From Desulfatiglandales bacterium (GTDB lineage: Bacteria; Desulfobacterota; DSM-4660; Desulfatiglandales; Desulfatiglandaceae): a DNA stretch of 64,000 bases. Shown here piece after piece: positions 29,864-39,877 of the stretch. Made by a program: the position numbers and the translations under genes. Every line of letters begins with the position of its first letter. The first letter of the stretch is position 1. The stretch covers positions 1,632,001-1,696,000 of the forward strand of contig OY759599.1 in NCBI GenBank assembly GCA_963662465.1, read 5' to 3'. The notes under the pieces were generated by a model that did no database searches, was not told where the DNA came from, and saw nothing but the letters and a program-made list of their open reading frames with translations.

Positions 29864-30060
29864 AATCCCAAGAGATGAATCTCTATAGTGAAGAAGATGG
29901 AAGGCTTCATGATCCCCATCCGCCTTTAAGCATTACGTATGGAAAGTCGTTTAAAAAACCGTTTCTTTCTTGATCAATTCTTTTTGGCGTGCGAAAATAC
30001 GACGATTGATGTCGACTGCGCTTGCTTTTGCTTTCCTTAAACTTTGAACGGGGATAAAAT

Positions 30061-30813
30061 ATGAACCATATCACGGCCATCGGATTTGATCTCTTTAATA
30101 CACTGGTTATGGCACAACCGGATATCCTGGACCGGGCCTTTCCCCGGTTGCAACAGAGCCTGGAACAGGACGGGATTTTTCCGGAAGCGAAAGCCTTTAG
30201 AAAGACCTATTACGAAACGGCCATGGCGTTTGTCAAAAAAACCCGGGAAGATGGCAGGGAAACCCATAACCGTTTCTGGATCAGTGCCGCGCTCAAAAAA
30301 TTCGGGTACCAGGCGCCGCCGGATGATCCCAGGATATCCGCCGCGGTTGAGGCTTATTTCTCCGTCTTTTACGATTGCTGCCACAGGGTGCCCGGAACCA
30401 AAGCCATGCTTCAGGAATTGAAGGGAGACTATCAACTTGGACTGCTCTCCAACTTCACCCATTGGCCGGCCGCTCTTAAGATTATAGATCGCGTGGGGCT
30501 AACGCCGTTTTTTGAGATTCAACTCATATCCGGGCAACTGGGCTATCGAAAACCTCACAAGCATGTCTTTCAAAAACTGATCGAGGGCTTTGGGGTGCAA
30601 AGCGCCGAAATCATGTACGTGGGCGATGATGTGGATGCCGATATAAACGGGGCCTTAGGGTCTGGGCTTCAGCCGGTCTGGTTTACGTACGTTCTGGATA
30701 AGAAGCCGCCCATTCCCTCTGTCATGGCGCCCAATCCGGGCGCCGTACCTCCTGAAAATGTGCCCCGGGTTTCCACGTGGGCAGAATTTCCAGCGTTATT
30801 AAAGACAGTATAA
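30061..30813 (+). CDS. HAD superfamily hydrolase
   Basis: FDLFNTL, LSNF, RKP, YVGDD..ADI.GA. Confidence 0.9.
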   Translation: MNHITAIGFDLFNTLVMAQPDILDRAFPRLQQSLEQDGIFPEAKAFRKTYYETAMAFVKKTREDGRETHNRFWISAALKKFGYQAPPDDPRISAAVEAYFSVFYDCCHRVPGTKAMLQELKGDYQLGLLSNFTHWPAALKIIDRVGLTPFFEIQLISGQLGYRKPHKHVFQKLIEGFGVQSAEIMYVGDDVDADINGALGSGLQPVWFTYVLDKKPPIPSVMAPNPGAVPPENVPRVSTWAEFPALLKTV

Positions 30814-30898
30814 ACTGAAACAAAGACCCTCCTCAAGGGTCATTCTTCTTCCTTCGTCAATCAATAACGAGAAACAAACAAAGGCGAGGTATTGGCAT

Positions 30899-31489
30899 AT
30901 GAAAATGAAACAGATAGCGCTCGTGGTTTTAACGATTTTCCTGTTGTTAATGCTGTTAAACGGAACAGTCGTGGCCCAGGGTCAAAACGCCGAAGAAGTT
31001 CCCACAGAAGTGCCTACCCGCATCGGTTTTGCACTGAGCTATGGCAACAGCTTCCATCCCAACAATGAAATCGGGTTTCTCATGGCCAACTATCTGGCCC
31101 TGTTTGACTATGACAAGATCTGGCCCCACAGTGCACCGGAAAATCTGCGATTCAAACTGGAGTTGAGCCTCGGCTCTACCACTACCCCTGACCAGTGGGT
31201 CATGGCATCGGGTTCCATGCTGGCCCTTTATTACCTGGACTTTCTGAATTCAGCCGCTGTTCGGCCCTACATTGAGGGCGGCATCGGGCTTATTTACACG
31301 GGGTTTCGTGTGGAAGGCCAGGGATCCCATCTCAATTTCAACCCCAAGGCGGGATTCGGCCTGGAGTTTCCCCTCGGCCGTGAATCGTTGTTTACATCCC
31401 TGCGCTGGGACCATCTGTCAAACGCATATTTGAGTCGGGATAATACGAGCGTGGATTCGGTGATTTTGATGTTCGGCGTTTACTTTTAG
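30899..31489 (+). CDS. Acyloxyacyl hydrolase/PagL-like outer-membrane beta-barrel
   Basis: Signal peptide; PYIEGGIG, NFNPKAG, HLSNA; C-terminal Phe. Confidence 0.8.
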   Translation: MKMKQIALVVLTIFLLLMLLNGTVVAQGQNAEEVPTEVPTRIGFALSYGNSFHPNNEIGFLMANYLALFDYDKIWPHSAPENLRFKLELSLGSTTTPDQWVMASGSMLALYYLDFLNSAAVRPYIEGGIGLIYTGFRVEGQGSHLNFNPKAGFGLEFPLGRESLFTSLRWDHLSNAYLSRDNTSVDSVILMFGVYF

Positions 31490-31496
31490 CGTAACC

Positions 31497-31588
31497 GTTC
31501 ACAGGGGCAGGGGACAGTTGTCAGGGGACAGGATAAAATTCGAGGCTTAGATGTTCTGATTTTTCTGCATCCTGACAACTGCACCCTT
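31497..31588. repeat. Palindromic intergenic repeat, family shared with 4425-4492
   Basis: cagttgtcagg ... cctgacaactg inverted arms. Confidence 0.7.
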
Positions 31589-31604
31589 ATTCAAGGAGGA
31601 AGCT

Positions 31605-32069
31605 TTGACCTGTAATATTCTGATTGTCTACCATTCCCAAAGCGGAAATACTCAAAAAATGGCCGAAAAGGCAGCCGAAGGCGCCAGGTTCATAGAGGGC
31701 GTCGATGTTTTGTTGAAAAGGGCCTCAGAAGCGACCCTTGAAGATTTGCTGGCATGCCATGGACTGCTCATCGGTTCCCCCGAGTACTTTGGTTACATGG
31801 CCGGAGTGGTCAAGGATTTTTTTGACAGGACCTATAATCAAGCGCACGGTAGAAAAGACGTTTTTAAAAAACCGTACGGGGTCTTTATCAGTGCCGGAAA
31901 TGATGGGACCGGGGCTTTAAACCATATTGAAAGAATTTGTTTGGGGTATCCGTTTAAAAAAGTTTTGCCACCCGTGGTTTCAAAAGGTGAGATTGACGGG
32001 GCCATCCTCGATAAATGTGAAGAATTGGGGAAAACCATTGCCGCCGGCTGCCGGGAAGGGATCTATTGA
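31605..32069 (+). CDS. Flavodoxin-like NAD(P)H-dependent oxidoreductase
   Basis: YHSQSGNT, GSPEYFG.M...KDFFDR; TTG start with AGGAGG RBS. Confidence 0.87.
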   Translation: MTCNILIVYHSQSGNTQKMAEKAAEGARFIEGVDVLLKRASEATLEDLLACHGLLIGSPEYFGYMAGVVKDFFDRTYNQAHGRKDVFKKPYGVFISAGNDGTGALNHIERICLGYPFKKVLPPVVSKGEIDGAILDKCEELGKTIAAGCREGIY

Positions 32070-33583
32070 CAAACAAAATGCCGGGGAAAAGGATGAATAA
32101 CCGTAGGATGAGGGTGCTGTTAGCGGAAAATCCGGAAACTTCGGACGGGTCTATCAGGGAATTGTTGGAAAAACGACAAACGGATCTCATCCTCTGCGAA
32201 AACGGCATTGACGCTGTTCGAAAAGCATATTTGAGAAAGCCCGGGCTAATCATCCTGAATGTTAACCTTCCCGGAATGAATGGCTATCAGTGCGCCCGTC
32301 TGCTGAAACAGGATCCTTTTATGAATGCCGTTCCCATTGTGCATGCGGCCTCTTCTGAAAGTCCCCTGGATCGGTATTGGAGCAAAGTCTGCCGGGGGGA
32401 TTGTTGCCTGACGACGCCGGTTTCCGAGACCTCGTGGGACCGGGCAATGGAAAACCTGGTTTTCAAAGAGAGGCCAGGACGACAGCGCCTCAGCCATAAT
32501 GTCAACATGATTCCGGAAATGGATGACCGGACTATCCTCATGATGGCCGGCAGTCTTCTGGAGCAGGATCTCCTTCAAGCCACCATTTTGAATGAAATCA
32601 ACATGATCGATACATGGGATATTGCGCCGAAGGATCTCGTGGTCGCTTTGATGGCCATTATCCATTCCTTGTATCCATTTACCCAAAGCGCGGCGCTTCT
32701 GATTACCGATCATAACAGCGGGCTTTATTTATGTGGGAACAGCGCCTGCCGGCAGGATCAGTTCGATGAAATCCATAATCTCATCATCGCCCATTTGTGG
32801 AAAGAACATGCCATGATGTTGAAATCCGAAGATGTTGAGAGCAATTTCATCGAGGTTCCCTTTGCTGAAGCAGGCGGAGAAGAAGACGGCGAAATCTATA
32901 TTCATACCCGGGAAACGGGTCCCATCCATTCCGTCTTATATTTTGAAGATATCAACATGGCGGATCTGAGCCGGGAAGAACAGAATCTCCTCTTTCTGGC
33001 ACTGGACCTGGTCCATGGGGTTTTGGAAAGGAAGATCTTTGCCCGAAAATCCCAGGAGCTTTCGGTTATTGATATGGCGACTCAGGGATATTCCATGACG
33101 TTTTTCATGGAGGTTCTGGGCAGAGAGCTTGCCAACGCCCGAAGAAACAAATATGACATCACCTTGATTACCCTTATGATTTCCAATTTTGACGACGTCA
33201 CAAAAAACCTGCATCCCGAAGAGGAAATTGAGATCGTTCAAGTGATTCAAAACGCCATTTTTCGAACCCTTCGCAAAGCGGACATCATTGCAAGGTGGAA
33301 GGGGGGCAATTTCGCCTTTTTACTTACCCATACGTCTTTTGAAAACGCAAAAATTCCGGCGCAGCGGGTTCAGCGGAACGTGCTCCAGGACATTGCGGAT
33401 CAAATGCCTTCCATGGGTCTTTTGAAGCTCCACATGGGCATGTGTGAGTTTGACCCGGAACAGAATCAAACGCCGGAGTCCTTTTTTGCCGATGCCATGC
33501 CGAGAAGATCAACCCCGAAAGTGAAAGAAGACATCCCCCATTTGTCGACCGTTTCTTCCGGGAAACGGAGAGAAAAGAGGTGA
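32066..33583 (+). CDS. Pseudo-receiver plus degenerate GGDEF protein
   Basis: Receiver LIILNVNLP has Asn at the phospho-Asp site; GGDEF site reads KGGNF; I-site RKAD retained. Confidence 0.8.
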   Translation: MTNKMPGKRMNNRRMRVLLAENPETSDGSIRELLEKRQTDLILCENGIDAVRKAYLRKPGLIILNVNLPGMNGYQCARLLKQDPFMNAVPIVHAASSESPLDRYWSKVCRGDCCLTTPVSETSWDRAMENLVFKERPGRQRLSHNVNMIPEMDDRTILMMAGSLLEQDLLQATILNEINMIDTWDIAPKDLVVALMAIIHSLYPFTQSAALLITDHNSGLYLCGNSACRQDQFDEIHNLIIAHLWKEHAMMLKSEDVESNFIEVPFAEAGGEEDGEIYIHTRETGPIHSVLYFEDINMADLSREEQNLLFLALDLVHGVLERKIFARKSQELSVIDMATQGYSMTFFMEVLGRELANARRNKYDITLITLMISNFDDVTKNLHPEEEIEIVQVIQNAIFRTLRKADIIARWKGGNFAFLLTHTSFENAKIPAQRVQRNVLQDIADQMPSMGLLKLHMGMCEFDPEQNQTPESFFADAMPRRSTPKVKEDIPHLSTVSSGKRREKR

Positions 33584-33589
33584 GCGGCA

Positions 33590-36106
33590 ATGGACGGGTC
33601 TAGCAAGCTCAGGGTTGGCGAACTGCTTATCCAGGAAGGCGCCATTACGCAGGAAAACCTGGAAAGGGCACTGGCTGTTCAAAAAGAAAATACATCCTAC
33701 AAACCGATCGGGGAGGTTTGTGTCGATCTGAAATTTCTTTCCAGAGCTCGTCTGCACCGGATACTCAATCAATACCACAAACGGATTTCCGTTGGGGACC
33801 TCCTCATCAATCTGGGGTTGATTACGCCCGGGCAACTGGATGAAGGGCTGACTCATCAAAAAAAAATCGGCGGAAAACTGGGTGCGATCCTGGTCAGCAA
33901 GGGCTTCATTACGGAGGGCGCCCTCGTGGACGCGTTGTCCATCCAGATGGGAATCCTCAAGGTGGCGCCGGACTTTCATTTGATCGATAAGGGGTTGTTG
34001 AAAGGCATTAATGAAGAATTCCTGCTGAGCAATGAAATTATTCCTGCTTTCAAGGAAAATGATGTGCTGACCTTGATCATGAGCAATCCCCTGGACCGGG
34101 ACATGATCCAGAATCTTGGCCGCGTTTTCAAGGTCCGCAAAATCAAACCGGCCATTGCTTCCTCCACTGATATTCGAAACGCCATCCATCAGCATTTTCA
34201 AAAGGTCACGTTTGTAAAGGACGGAACCAGCAACAAGGCAAAAACGGATCTCATCATCGGGGATAAAAAAATTACCATGGAAGGGGGGGACACCACCAGC
34301 GGGGTGGTGGATTACATCTTCACCAATGCCATTCTGGAAGGCGCCAGCGACATTCACATCGAGCCCAAGGAAGAAAGCCTTCGCGTTAGATACCGAATCG
34401 ACGGCATTCTGCATCACAAGACGGACCTGCCCGTTTCCCTGGCGCCCAGCCTTGCTTCCCGCATCAAGGTGCTGTGCAAACTGGATATCGCCGAGAAGCG
34501 GAAACACCAGGATGGCCGGATTCATGCCCAGGTGATGAACAAGGAGGTTGATCTTCGGGTATCGGTTTATGCCGCCGCCTTTGGCGAAAACATCGTGATC
34601 CGGATTCTGTATCGCAAAAGCGCTCTCATTGACATCGATCAACTGGGGATTACGCCCCAGAACAAGGTCCGTTTCATGCAGGTGCTGGATCAGCCTTCGG
34701 GCGTCATCCTGGTTACGGGACCCACGGGGAGCGGGAAAACGACGACGCTTTATGCGGCCATCAATTACTTAAATGACGGCAGCACATCCATTATCACCGT
34801 GGAGGACCCCGTAGAATACGTCATTGACGGCATTGTTCAAGGCCAGCTCAATCCCAAACTGGGGCAGACCTATGGGGATTTTCTGAAATCCATGATGCGT
34901 CAGGATCCGGATGTCATCATGGTGGGGGAAATCAGGGATTCCACCGCGGCGGAAGCGGTCATTCAGGCGGCGCTGACCGGGCATAAGGTCCTGTCGACCT
35001 TTCATACGGAAGATACCACGGGCGCGCTTCTCAGGCTCATGGACATGGGCATCGACACCTTCCTCATTTCGTCCACCGTGGTCTCCGTATTGGCCCAGAG
35101 GCTGGTTCGCGTCCTTTGCCCCGAATGCAGGCTGGCCTACATCCCCAATAAATATGAACTGGATGCTCTGGGGGTTCGCGCTGAAAACATGGGAAAGTTC
35201 AAATTCTATAAGCCCGTTGGATGTGCCCACTGCAACCATATGGGGTATCGCGGACGTACCGGCGTTCATGAGCTGCTGCTGGTCAACGATATGATTCGAG
35301 ACGCTATTCTTGCGCGTAAGACCTCCGGGGAAATCAGGCGATTGGCCAGGGAAGCATCGACCCTTGTGACCATGCGGGAAGATGGATTTTACAAAGTGCT
35401 GAAAGGGACGACGTCCTTTGAAGAAATCAGCCGTGTGGTTCCCTGGCAGGAAGTTGATGAAGGATTCGACCGCTCCCCCGAGGAAATCATCGCCCTGGCC
35501 GAGGGCGGGGTTGTTGTGACTGAAACAGGAGAAAAATCTTCAAACCCTGACACCGCCGCGGCGGTTTTGGATGCCACACACGATGATAATCCGGTTTACC
35601 GGATACGGTTCAATACACGAACCATCTCACGGGAAAGGGAAAAAATCGCCCGCTTTTTTGATACGTACCGTCAAATGATGGAAAAGCTGGGATACCCACC
35701 GGAACCTTCCCGCTTGCTGGAAGATTTTATCGCGTTCATCGTTTTAACGGTAAAACGGGTGGAACATTCACTCAAAAGTCCGTTTGTGGAATTTTCCCTT
35801 CGTGGAAAGGACGGCAAAATCGTCATGGAGCTGGAAACCCTGGTTCCCAAACAAACGCCTTTTAAGACCCGTGGAACCCCTCGTGAAAAGGGCCCCCGGC
35901 TCATTAATTTTCTTTTGCCGCCGGGGAAGGATGTTACAGAAGGCATGGGAAATGAAATCTTACGGTTTCCTCAAAGGGTTTCAAAACCGGAGAAATCGCC
36001 GGTTTTATCCCTGGTGGAAGGAAATGACATTAACCGGGAGAAAACCGGGGTATATCGAAAGCATGTGGAAAAGCTGGAATGGAAGGCCCCCGGCGGAAAG
36101 CACTAG
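33590..36106 (+). CDS. PilB/GspE family secretion ATPase with tandem MshEN domains and about 200-aa C-terminal extension
   Basis: RVGELLIQEGAITQENLERALAVQ and three further MshEN-like motifs; ASDIHIEP, GPTGSGKTT, EDPVE, RQDPD..GEIRD, CxxC..CxxC. Confidence 0.92.
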   Translation: MDGSSKLRVGELLIQEGAITQENLERALAVQKENTSYKPIGEVCVDLKFLSRARLHRILNQYHKRISVGDLLINLGLITPGQLDEGLTHQKKIGGKLGAILVSKGFITEGALVDALSIQMGILKVAPDFHLIDKGLLKGINEEFLLSNEIIPAFKENDVLTLIMSNPLDRDMIQNLGRVFKVRKIKPAIASSTDIRNAIHQHFQKVTFVKDGTSNKAKTDLIIGDKKITMEGGDTTSGVVDYIFTNAILEGASDIHIEPKEESLRVRYRIDGILHHKTDLPVSLAPSLASRIKVLCKLDIAEKRKHQDGRIHAQVMNKEVDLRVSVYAAAFGENIVIRILYRKSALIDIDQLGITPQNKVRFMQVLDQPSGVILVTGPTGSGKTTTLYAAINYLNDGSTSIITVEDPVEYVIDGIVQGQLNPKLGQTYGDFLKSMMRQDPDVIMVGEIRDSTAAEAVIQAALTGHKVLSTFHTEDTTGALLRLMDMGIDTFLISSTVVSVLAQRLVRVLCPECRLAYIPNKYELDALGVRAENMGKFKFYKPVGCAHCNHMGYRGRTGVHELLLVNDMIRDAILARKTSGEIRRLAREASTLVTMREDGFYKVLKGTTSFEEISRVVPWQEVDEGFDRSPEEIIALAEGGVVVTETGEKSSNPDTAAAVLDATHDDNPVYRIRFNTRTISREREKIARFFDTYRQMMEKLGYPPEPSRLLEDFIAFIVLTVKRVEHSLKSPFVEFSLRGKDGKIVMELETLVPKQTPFKTRGTPREKGPRLINFLLPPGKDVTEGMGNEILRFPQRVSKPEKSPVLSLVEGNDINREKTGVYRKHVEKLEWKAPGGKH

Positions 36107-37419
36107 TCCGAAAGGTCTTCCACCCCTTGAAGTACAATGTCAAACAATTCCCGTGTATCCTCCTTTTCCAGGCAGGAAAAGGCCACTCGAAGGTCGGTTT
36201 TTCCGAGTGCGATCAGTCCCACGCCGTATTGATCCAGAAGATGCACCCGAAGCGATTCCGCATCAACGGTCTTCAGTTTCAGGCACATGAAATAGCCGGA
36301 ATTAAATGGGTATACGTCCCAGGCTTTCGCGTATTTCGGGTCGGAAAGCACTTTTTTGACTTCCTGGGCCCGTGCCTTCATAATCTGAAATTTCTCTTCC
36401 TTTTCAGACGCATATTTTTTTGATTGCAGTGACTTGAGGATTAGCTCCTGACTCAGGTGTGATGCATTGGATATGCTTCCTCTGACTGCCCCCGCGGTTT
36501 TTTTCTCCAGTGCATCGTAAAAAGGTCTCGATTCACCTTGAATCGGACAGCCGTAAGTCACAAAGCCGACCCGCAATCCCCACGCAAAGTTTTCCTTGGT
36601 GGCCCCGTCCAGCTTAACGGCCAGGAGATTGGGATCACGGTCCAAAAGCCGGGTGAAGATGGATTCCTTCATGGCTTTTTCTTCATAAAAAAGACCGAAA
36701 TAGGCATCATCGGTAATGGCTACCACATGGGTTCCGCTTTTTGCGGTGGTTTCCAGAATCCCCGCAATTCCGTCTGCTTCCTCCGGTGAAACCGTATACC
36801 CGGTAGGGTTGTTGGGGAAATTGAGCAATACAATGATCTTATCCCGTTCTCCGGCCTCTTTTTCCACGCAGGTTTTGAAGGCCTCCATGTTGAAACCGCC
36901 CCGCGGGTCGAAAAAAGTATAGTTTTTGATGACGGCCCCTTTTCGAACCCCAAAAATCAAGTTGTAATTCCCCCACATTTTATCAGGCAGGATCATGACG
37001 TCCCCCGGATCCACCCACATATCCGACACCACGCTCAAGGCATGGGTAATGGCATTGCAGGTCACCGGCAGGCTGATGTCTTTGCCCGTGAGTGAAGGAT
37101 TCTTGCGAACCATTTCTTCCTGCCAGGCCTTGCGAAGGGGCAGGATGCCGAAAGAGGGGGCGTAGGTCAGCGCTTGTGCGGGAGAGATGTCATTTAGCAT
37201 GACCATGATGGAGGGGAGGTACATGGTGTCCCCCTTTTCCGTGGCCATACCGATGGTGGCGTTGAATTTGTGGGCTTTTTCCTTGGCTTCGGCGCTTTGT
37301 GAAAGAATGCCTTTGGGGAAAAACAGGTTCTTGCCAACGCTGCTCAGCATATCATAAACTTGATGGTTTCCCTGCTGAATGATCCGATTGAACTCTTCCG
37401 CGATGGGGTTCATCTCCAT
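36103..37419 (-). CDS. PLP-dependent aminotransferase class I/II
   Basis: NATIG, NFPNNPTG, DDAY, GATK...GLRVG. Confidence 0.9.
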   Translation of the reverse strand: MEMNPIAEEFNRIIQQGNHQVYDMLSSVGKNLFFPKGILSQSAEAKEKAHKFNATIGMATEKGDTMYLPSIMVMLNDISPAQALTYAPSFGILPLRKAWQEEMVRKNPSLTGKDISLPVTCNAITHALSVVSDMWVDPGDVMILPDKMWGNYNLIFGVRKGAVIKNYTFFDPRGGFNMEAFKTCVEKEAGERDKIIVLLNFPNNPTGYTVSPEEADGIAGILETTAKSGTHVVAITDDAYFGLFYEEKAMKESIFTRLLDRDPNLLAVKLDGATKENFAWGLRVGFVTYGCPIQGESRPFYDALEKKTAGAVRGSISNASHLSQELILKSLQSKKYASEKEEKFQIMKARAQEVKKVLSDPKYAKAWDVYPFNSGYFMCLKLKTVDAESLRVHLLDQYGVGLIALGKTDLRVAFSCLEKEDTRELFDIVLQGVEDLSD

Positions 37420-37664
37420 TTTGTCACTCCTGGTTATGCTTTAATTTTCAAATTATTTTAACCTATTCCTAACCGCTGATTCCAGGCCCTGTCAAGCAAA
37501 ATTGCCAGGGGTCCTTCTTTAAGCCGTCGCCCACCGCTATTTCGTCACCCGTTAGTTTTTTGGTAACCGATGATTCGATTGTGTTCAAAATATAATTGTA
37601 CTAAAATAAGCGCCCATGACACAATTTCTGTTACCCTTCAAAGTCGACAGCGTGAGAGAAGCAG

Positions 37665-39146
37665 ATGCAAAAAGCCTTTATGGAAATTTTTGAAAATATC
37701 CTGGGTTCGGTTCGTGAACCCCTGGTGGTGCTTGATTCTGAATTGAAAGTGGTGAAGGCCAATCATTCATTTTACAGGACCTTCAAAGTTGAGCCGCGGG
37801 GAACTGAAGGGATGTTGATATACGATCTTGGCAATCGGCAATGGGATATCCCGAAGCTCAGGAAGTTGCTTGAAGATATCCTTCCCCGGAGTTCCGTTTT
37901 TAATGACTTTGAGGTGGAACATGACTTCAAAAGCATCGGCCGAAAGATCATGCACTTGAACGCGAGACGGATTTACACAAAGGCAAACCAGACTCCGCTG
38001 ATTCTGCTGGCCATCGAAGATGTGACCGAGCGTGAATATTATAAACGGCATCTTGAGGAACTGGTTAAAAAGCGAACGGCCGAAATCACCATAGCAAGGG
38101 AAGCGGCGGAAAAAGGCAAACAAATCGCTGAAACCGCCCTCCTGGAAACAAAAAATTTAAAAAATCAACTTGAAGCTGAAAGGGCTTATCTGCAAGAAGA
38201 AATCAAGCTGGAATACAACCATGAGAACATTATCGGTCAGAGTGACGGGATCAATTACATTCTCTATAAGGTTGAACAGATTGCCGCAAGCGATACCATC
38301 GTCCTGGTTCTGGGCGAGACCGGAACCGGCAAGGAACTGGCGGCCCGGGCCATTCACAATTTGAGTTTACGCAAAGGGCGGGCCTTGATGAAAGTGAATT
38401 GTGCCGCACTGCCGTCAAATCTTATCGAAAGCGAGCTGTTCGGTCATGAGAAAGGTGCTTTCACAGGCGCCCATTCCAGGCACCAGGGGCGATTTGAGGT
38501 CGCCGACGGCGCCACCCTTTTTCTGGATGAGATTGGTGAGCTGCCGCTGGAATTGCAACCCAAGCTGCTCAGGGTAATTCAGGATGGTGAGTTTGAACGG
38601 TTGGGCAGCGCTAAAACGATCAAGGTCGATGTGCGGATTATTGCGGCTACCAATCGCAATCTGGAAGAGGAAGTTCGCAGGGGCCGGTTTCGCGATGATC
38701 TCTGGTACCGTTTAAATATTTTCCCCATTACCATGCCGCCGCTCCGGGATCGGTTGGACGACATCCCACTGCTTGTGGAATTTTATGTCAAAAAGATCTC
38801 CAAGCGAATGGGCAAGTCCCTGGAGGTCATTCCCACGAGAGTCATGAATGCCTTGCAGGAATATCACTGGCCCGGTAATGTTCGAGAACTTGAAAACGTC
38901 CTTGAACGTGCGGTCATTAACTCATCGGGACCGAAGCTGCGCCTGGTGGATGAATTGAAGACCCATCAAAAAGACCTATGGTCCACGCAAAAAACCCTTC
39001 AGTCCCTTGAGCGCGAGCATATTATGCGAATCCTCGAACAGACGAAATGGCAAGTCAGTGGAAAAAAAGGGGCTGCCGAGATCCTGGGTCTGAACCGCAG
39101 CACGTTGCGTGCCCGAATGCGAAAACTGGGTATCGTCAAGCCGTAA
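37665..39146 (+). CDS. Sigma54-dependent activator (PAS, AAA+, Fis-HTH)
   Basis: [37 protein letters not shown]-terminal HTH. Confidence 0.94.
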   Translation: MQKAFMEIFENILGSVREPLVVLDSELKVVKANHSFYRTFKVEPRGTEGMLIYDLGNRQWDIPKLRKLLEDILPRSSVFNDFEVEHDFKSIGRKIMHLNARRIYTKANQTPLILLAIEDVTEREYYKRHLEELVKKRTAEITIAREAAEKGKQIAETALLETKNLKNQLEAERAYLQEEIKLEYNHENIIGQSDGINYILYKVEQIAASDTIVLVLGETGTGKELAARAIHNLSLRKGRALMKVNCAALPSNLIESELFGHEKGAFTGAHSRHQGRFEVADGATLFLDEIGELPLELQPKLLRVIQDGEFERLGSAKTIKVDVRIIAATNRNLEEEVRRGRFRDDLWYRLNIFPITMPPLRDRLDDIPLLVEFYVKKISKRMGKSLEVIPTRVMNALQEYHWPGNVRELENVLERAVINSSGPKLRLVDELKTHQKDLWSTQKTLQSLEREHIMRILEQTKWQVSGKKGAAEILGLNRSTLRARMRKLGIVKP

Positions 39147-39263
39147 GGCCCGGTATGACCTACTCAAATACGCTCTTTTTTTGACCCGTTTAAAACGGTT
39201 CTCTTCACGTTCGTGTACCCTCTCCAAGCATTATTCCCTTTATTTGCAAAGCGCCGATTGGGT

Positions 39264-39296
39264 TGTCATATTTGACCATCTGTCATATTTGACCAT
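39264..39296. promoter_or_regulatory. Tandem palindromic enhancer (UAS) candidate
   Basis: Perfect 16-bp direct repeat tgtcatatttgaccat twice, each containing gtca-tatt-tgac. Confidence 0.65.
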
Positions 39297-39395
39297 TATT
39301 TCGCCTCAACCAGGACTTATTCCAACACCCCTCTATTTTGATGATTCATCGATAAATCAATGCCTTTTCGCCAATCAAGATTGCGCTTATTCAGT

Positions 39396-39412
39396 CCGGC
39401 ATGAAGCTTGAA
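39396..39412 (+). promoter_or_regulatory. Sigma54 -24/-12 promoter candidate
   Basis: ccGGcatgaagcttGAa, GG-N10-GA variant of GG-N10-GC, about 100 bp downstream of the UAS. Confidence 0.55.
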
Positions 39413-39531
39413 TACAGAATGATGGAATGCCGGCGTTTTTGGGCATCAGACGGCATGGAGAGATTTTGTGAAAGTATGAGTTTAACGTAAACGAAACCCT
39501 GGAAGGAAATTTCCCTTAGAGGAGGGCTTCC

Positions 39532-39876
39532 GTGATTATCATGAGGATTACAATGAAGGCGCTTATGGAAAAACGAACGGAGATGATGCAAACGCTTCGC
39601 TCGATGATTGAGCCTGCGGGGAATGAAAAGGGGTGTTTAAGTTATGACGTTTTTTGCGATATGGAAGGCCACACTGTTTTCAACCTGTTTGAAGAGTGGG
39701 AAACCCGTGAAGACCTGGACCGTCACATCCGGTCTGAAAGATTCAGTGTTTTGCTCGGAACAAAAAGCCTCTTGGCCAAACCTCTGGAAATGAAAATCCA
39801 TACAGTTTCCCATTCGGAAGGAGCGGAGGTCGTGAATGCTCTCAGGGGCAAGGGAACCTTCAAAAAGAACGCTTAA
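39532..39876 (+). CDS. ABM (antibiotic biosynthesis monooxygenase-like) protein
   Basis: EKGCLSY, FEEWE...LDRHIRS. Confidence 0.82.
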   Translation: MIIMRITMKALMEKRTEMMQTLRSMIEPAGNEKGCLSYDVFCDMEGHTVFNLFEEWETREDLDRHIRSERFSVLLGTKSLLAKPLEMKIHTVSHSEGAEVVNALRGKGTFKKNA

Positions 39877-39877
39877 A

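Noticed and set aside
39264..39296. Direct repeat considered as a CRISPR remnant
   Set aside because: Only two 16-bp units with a 1-bp spacer and no cas genes; fits an enhancer better. No CRISPR array was seen in the window
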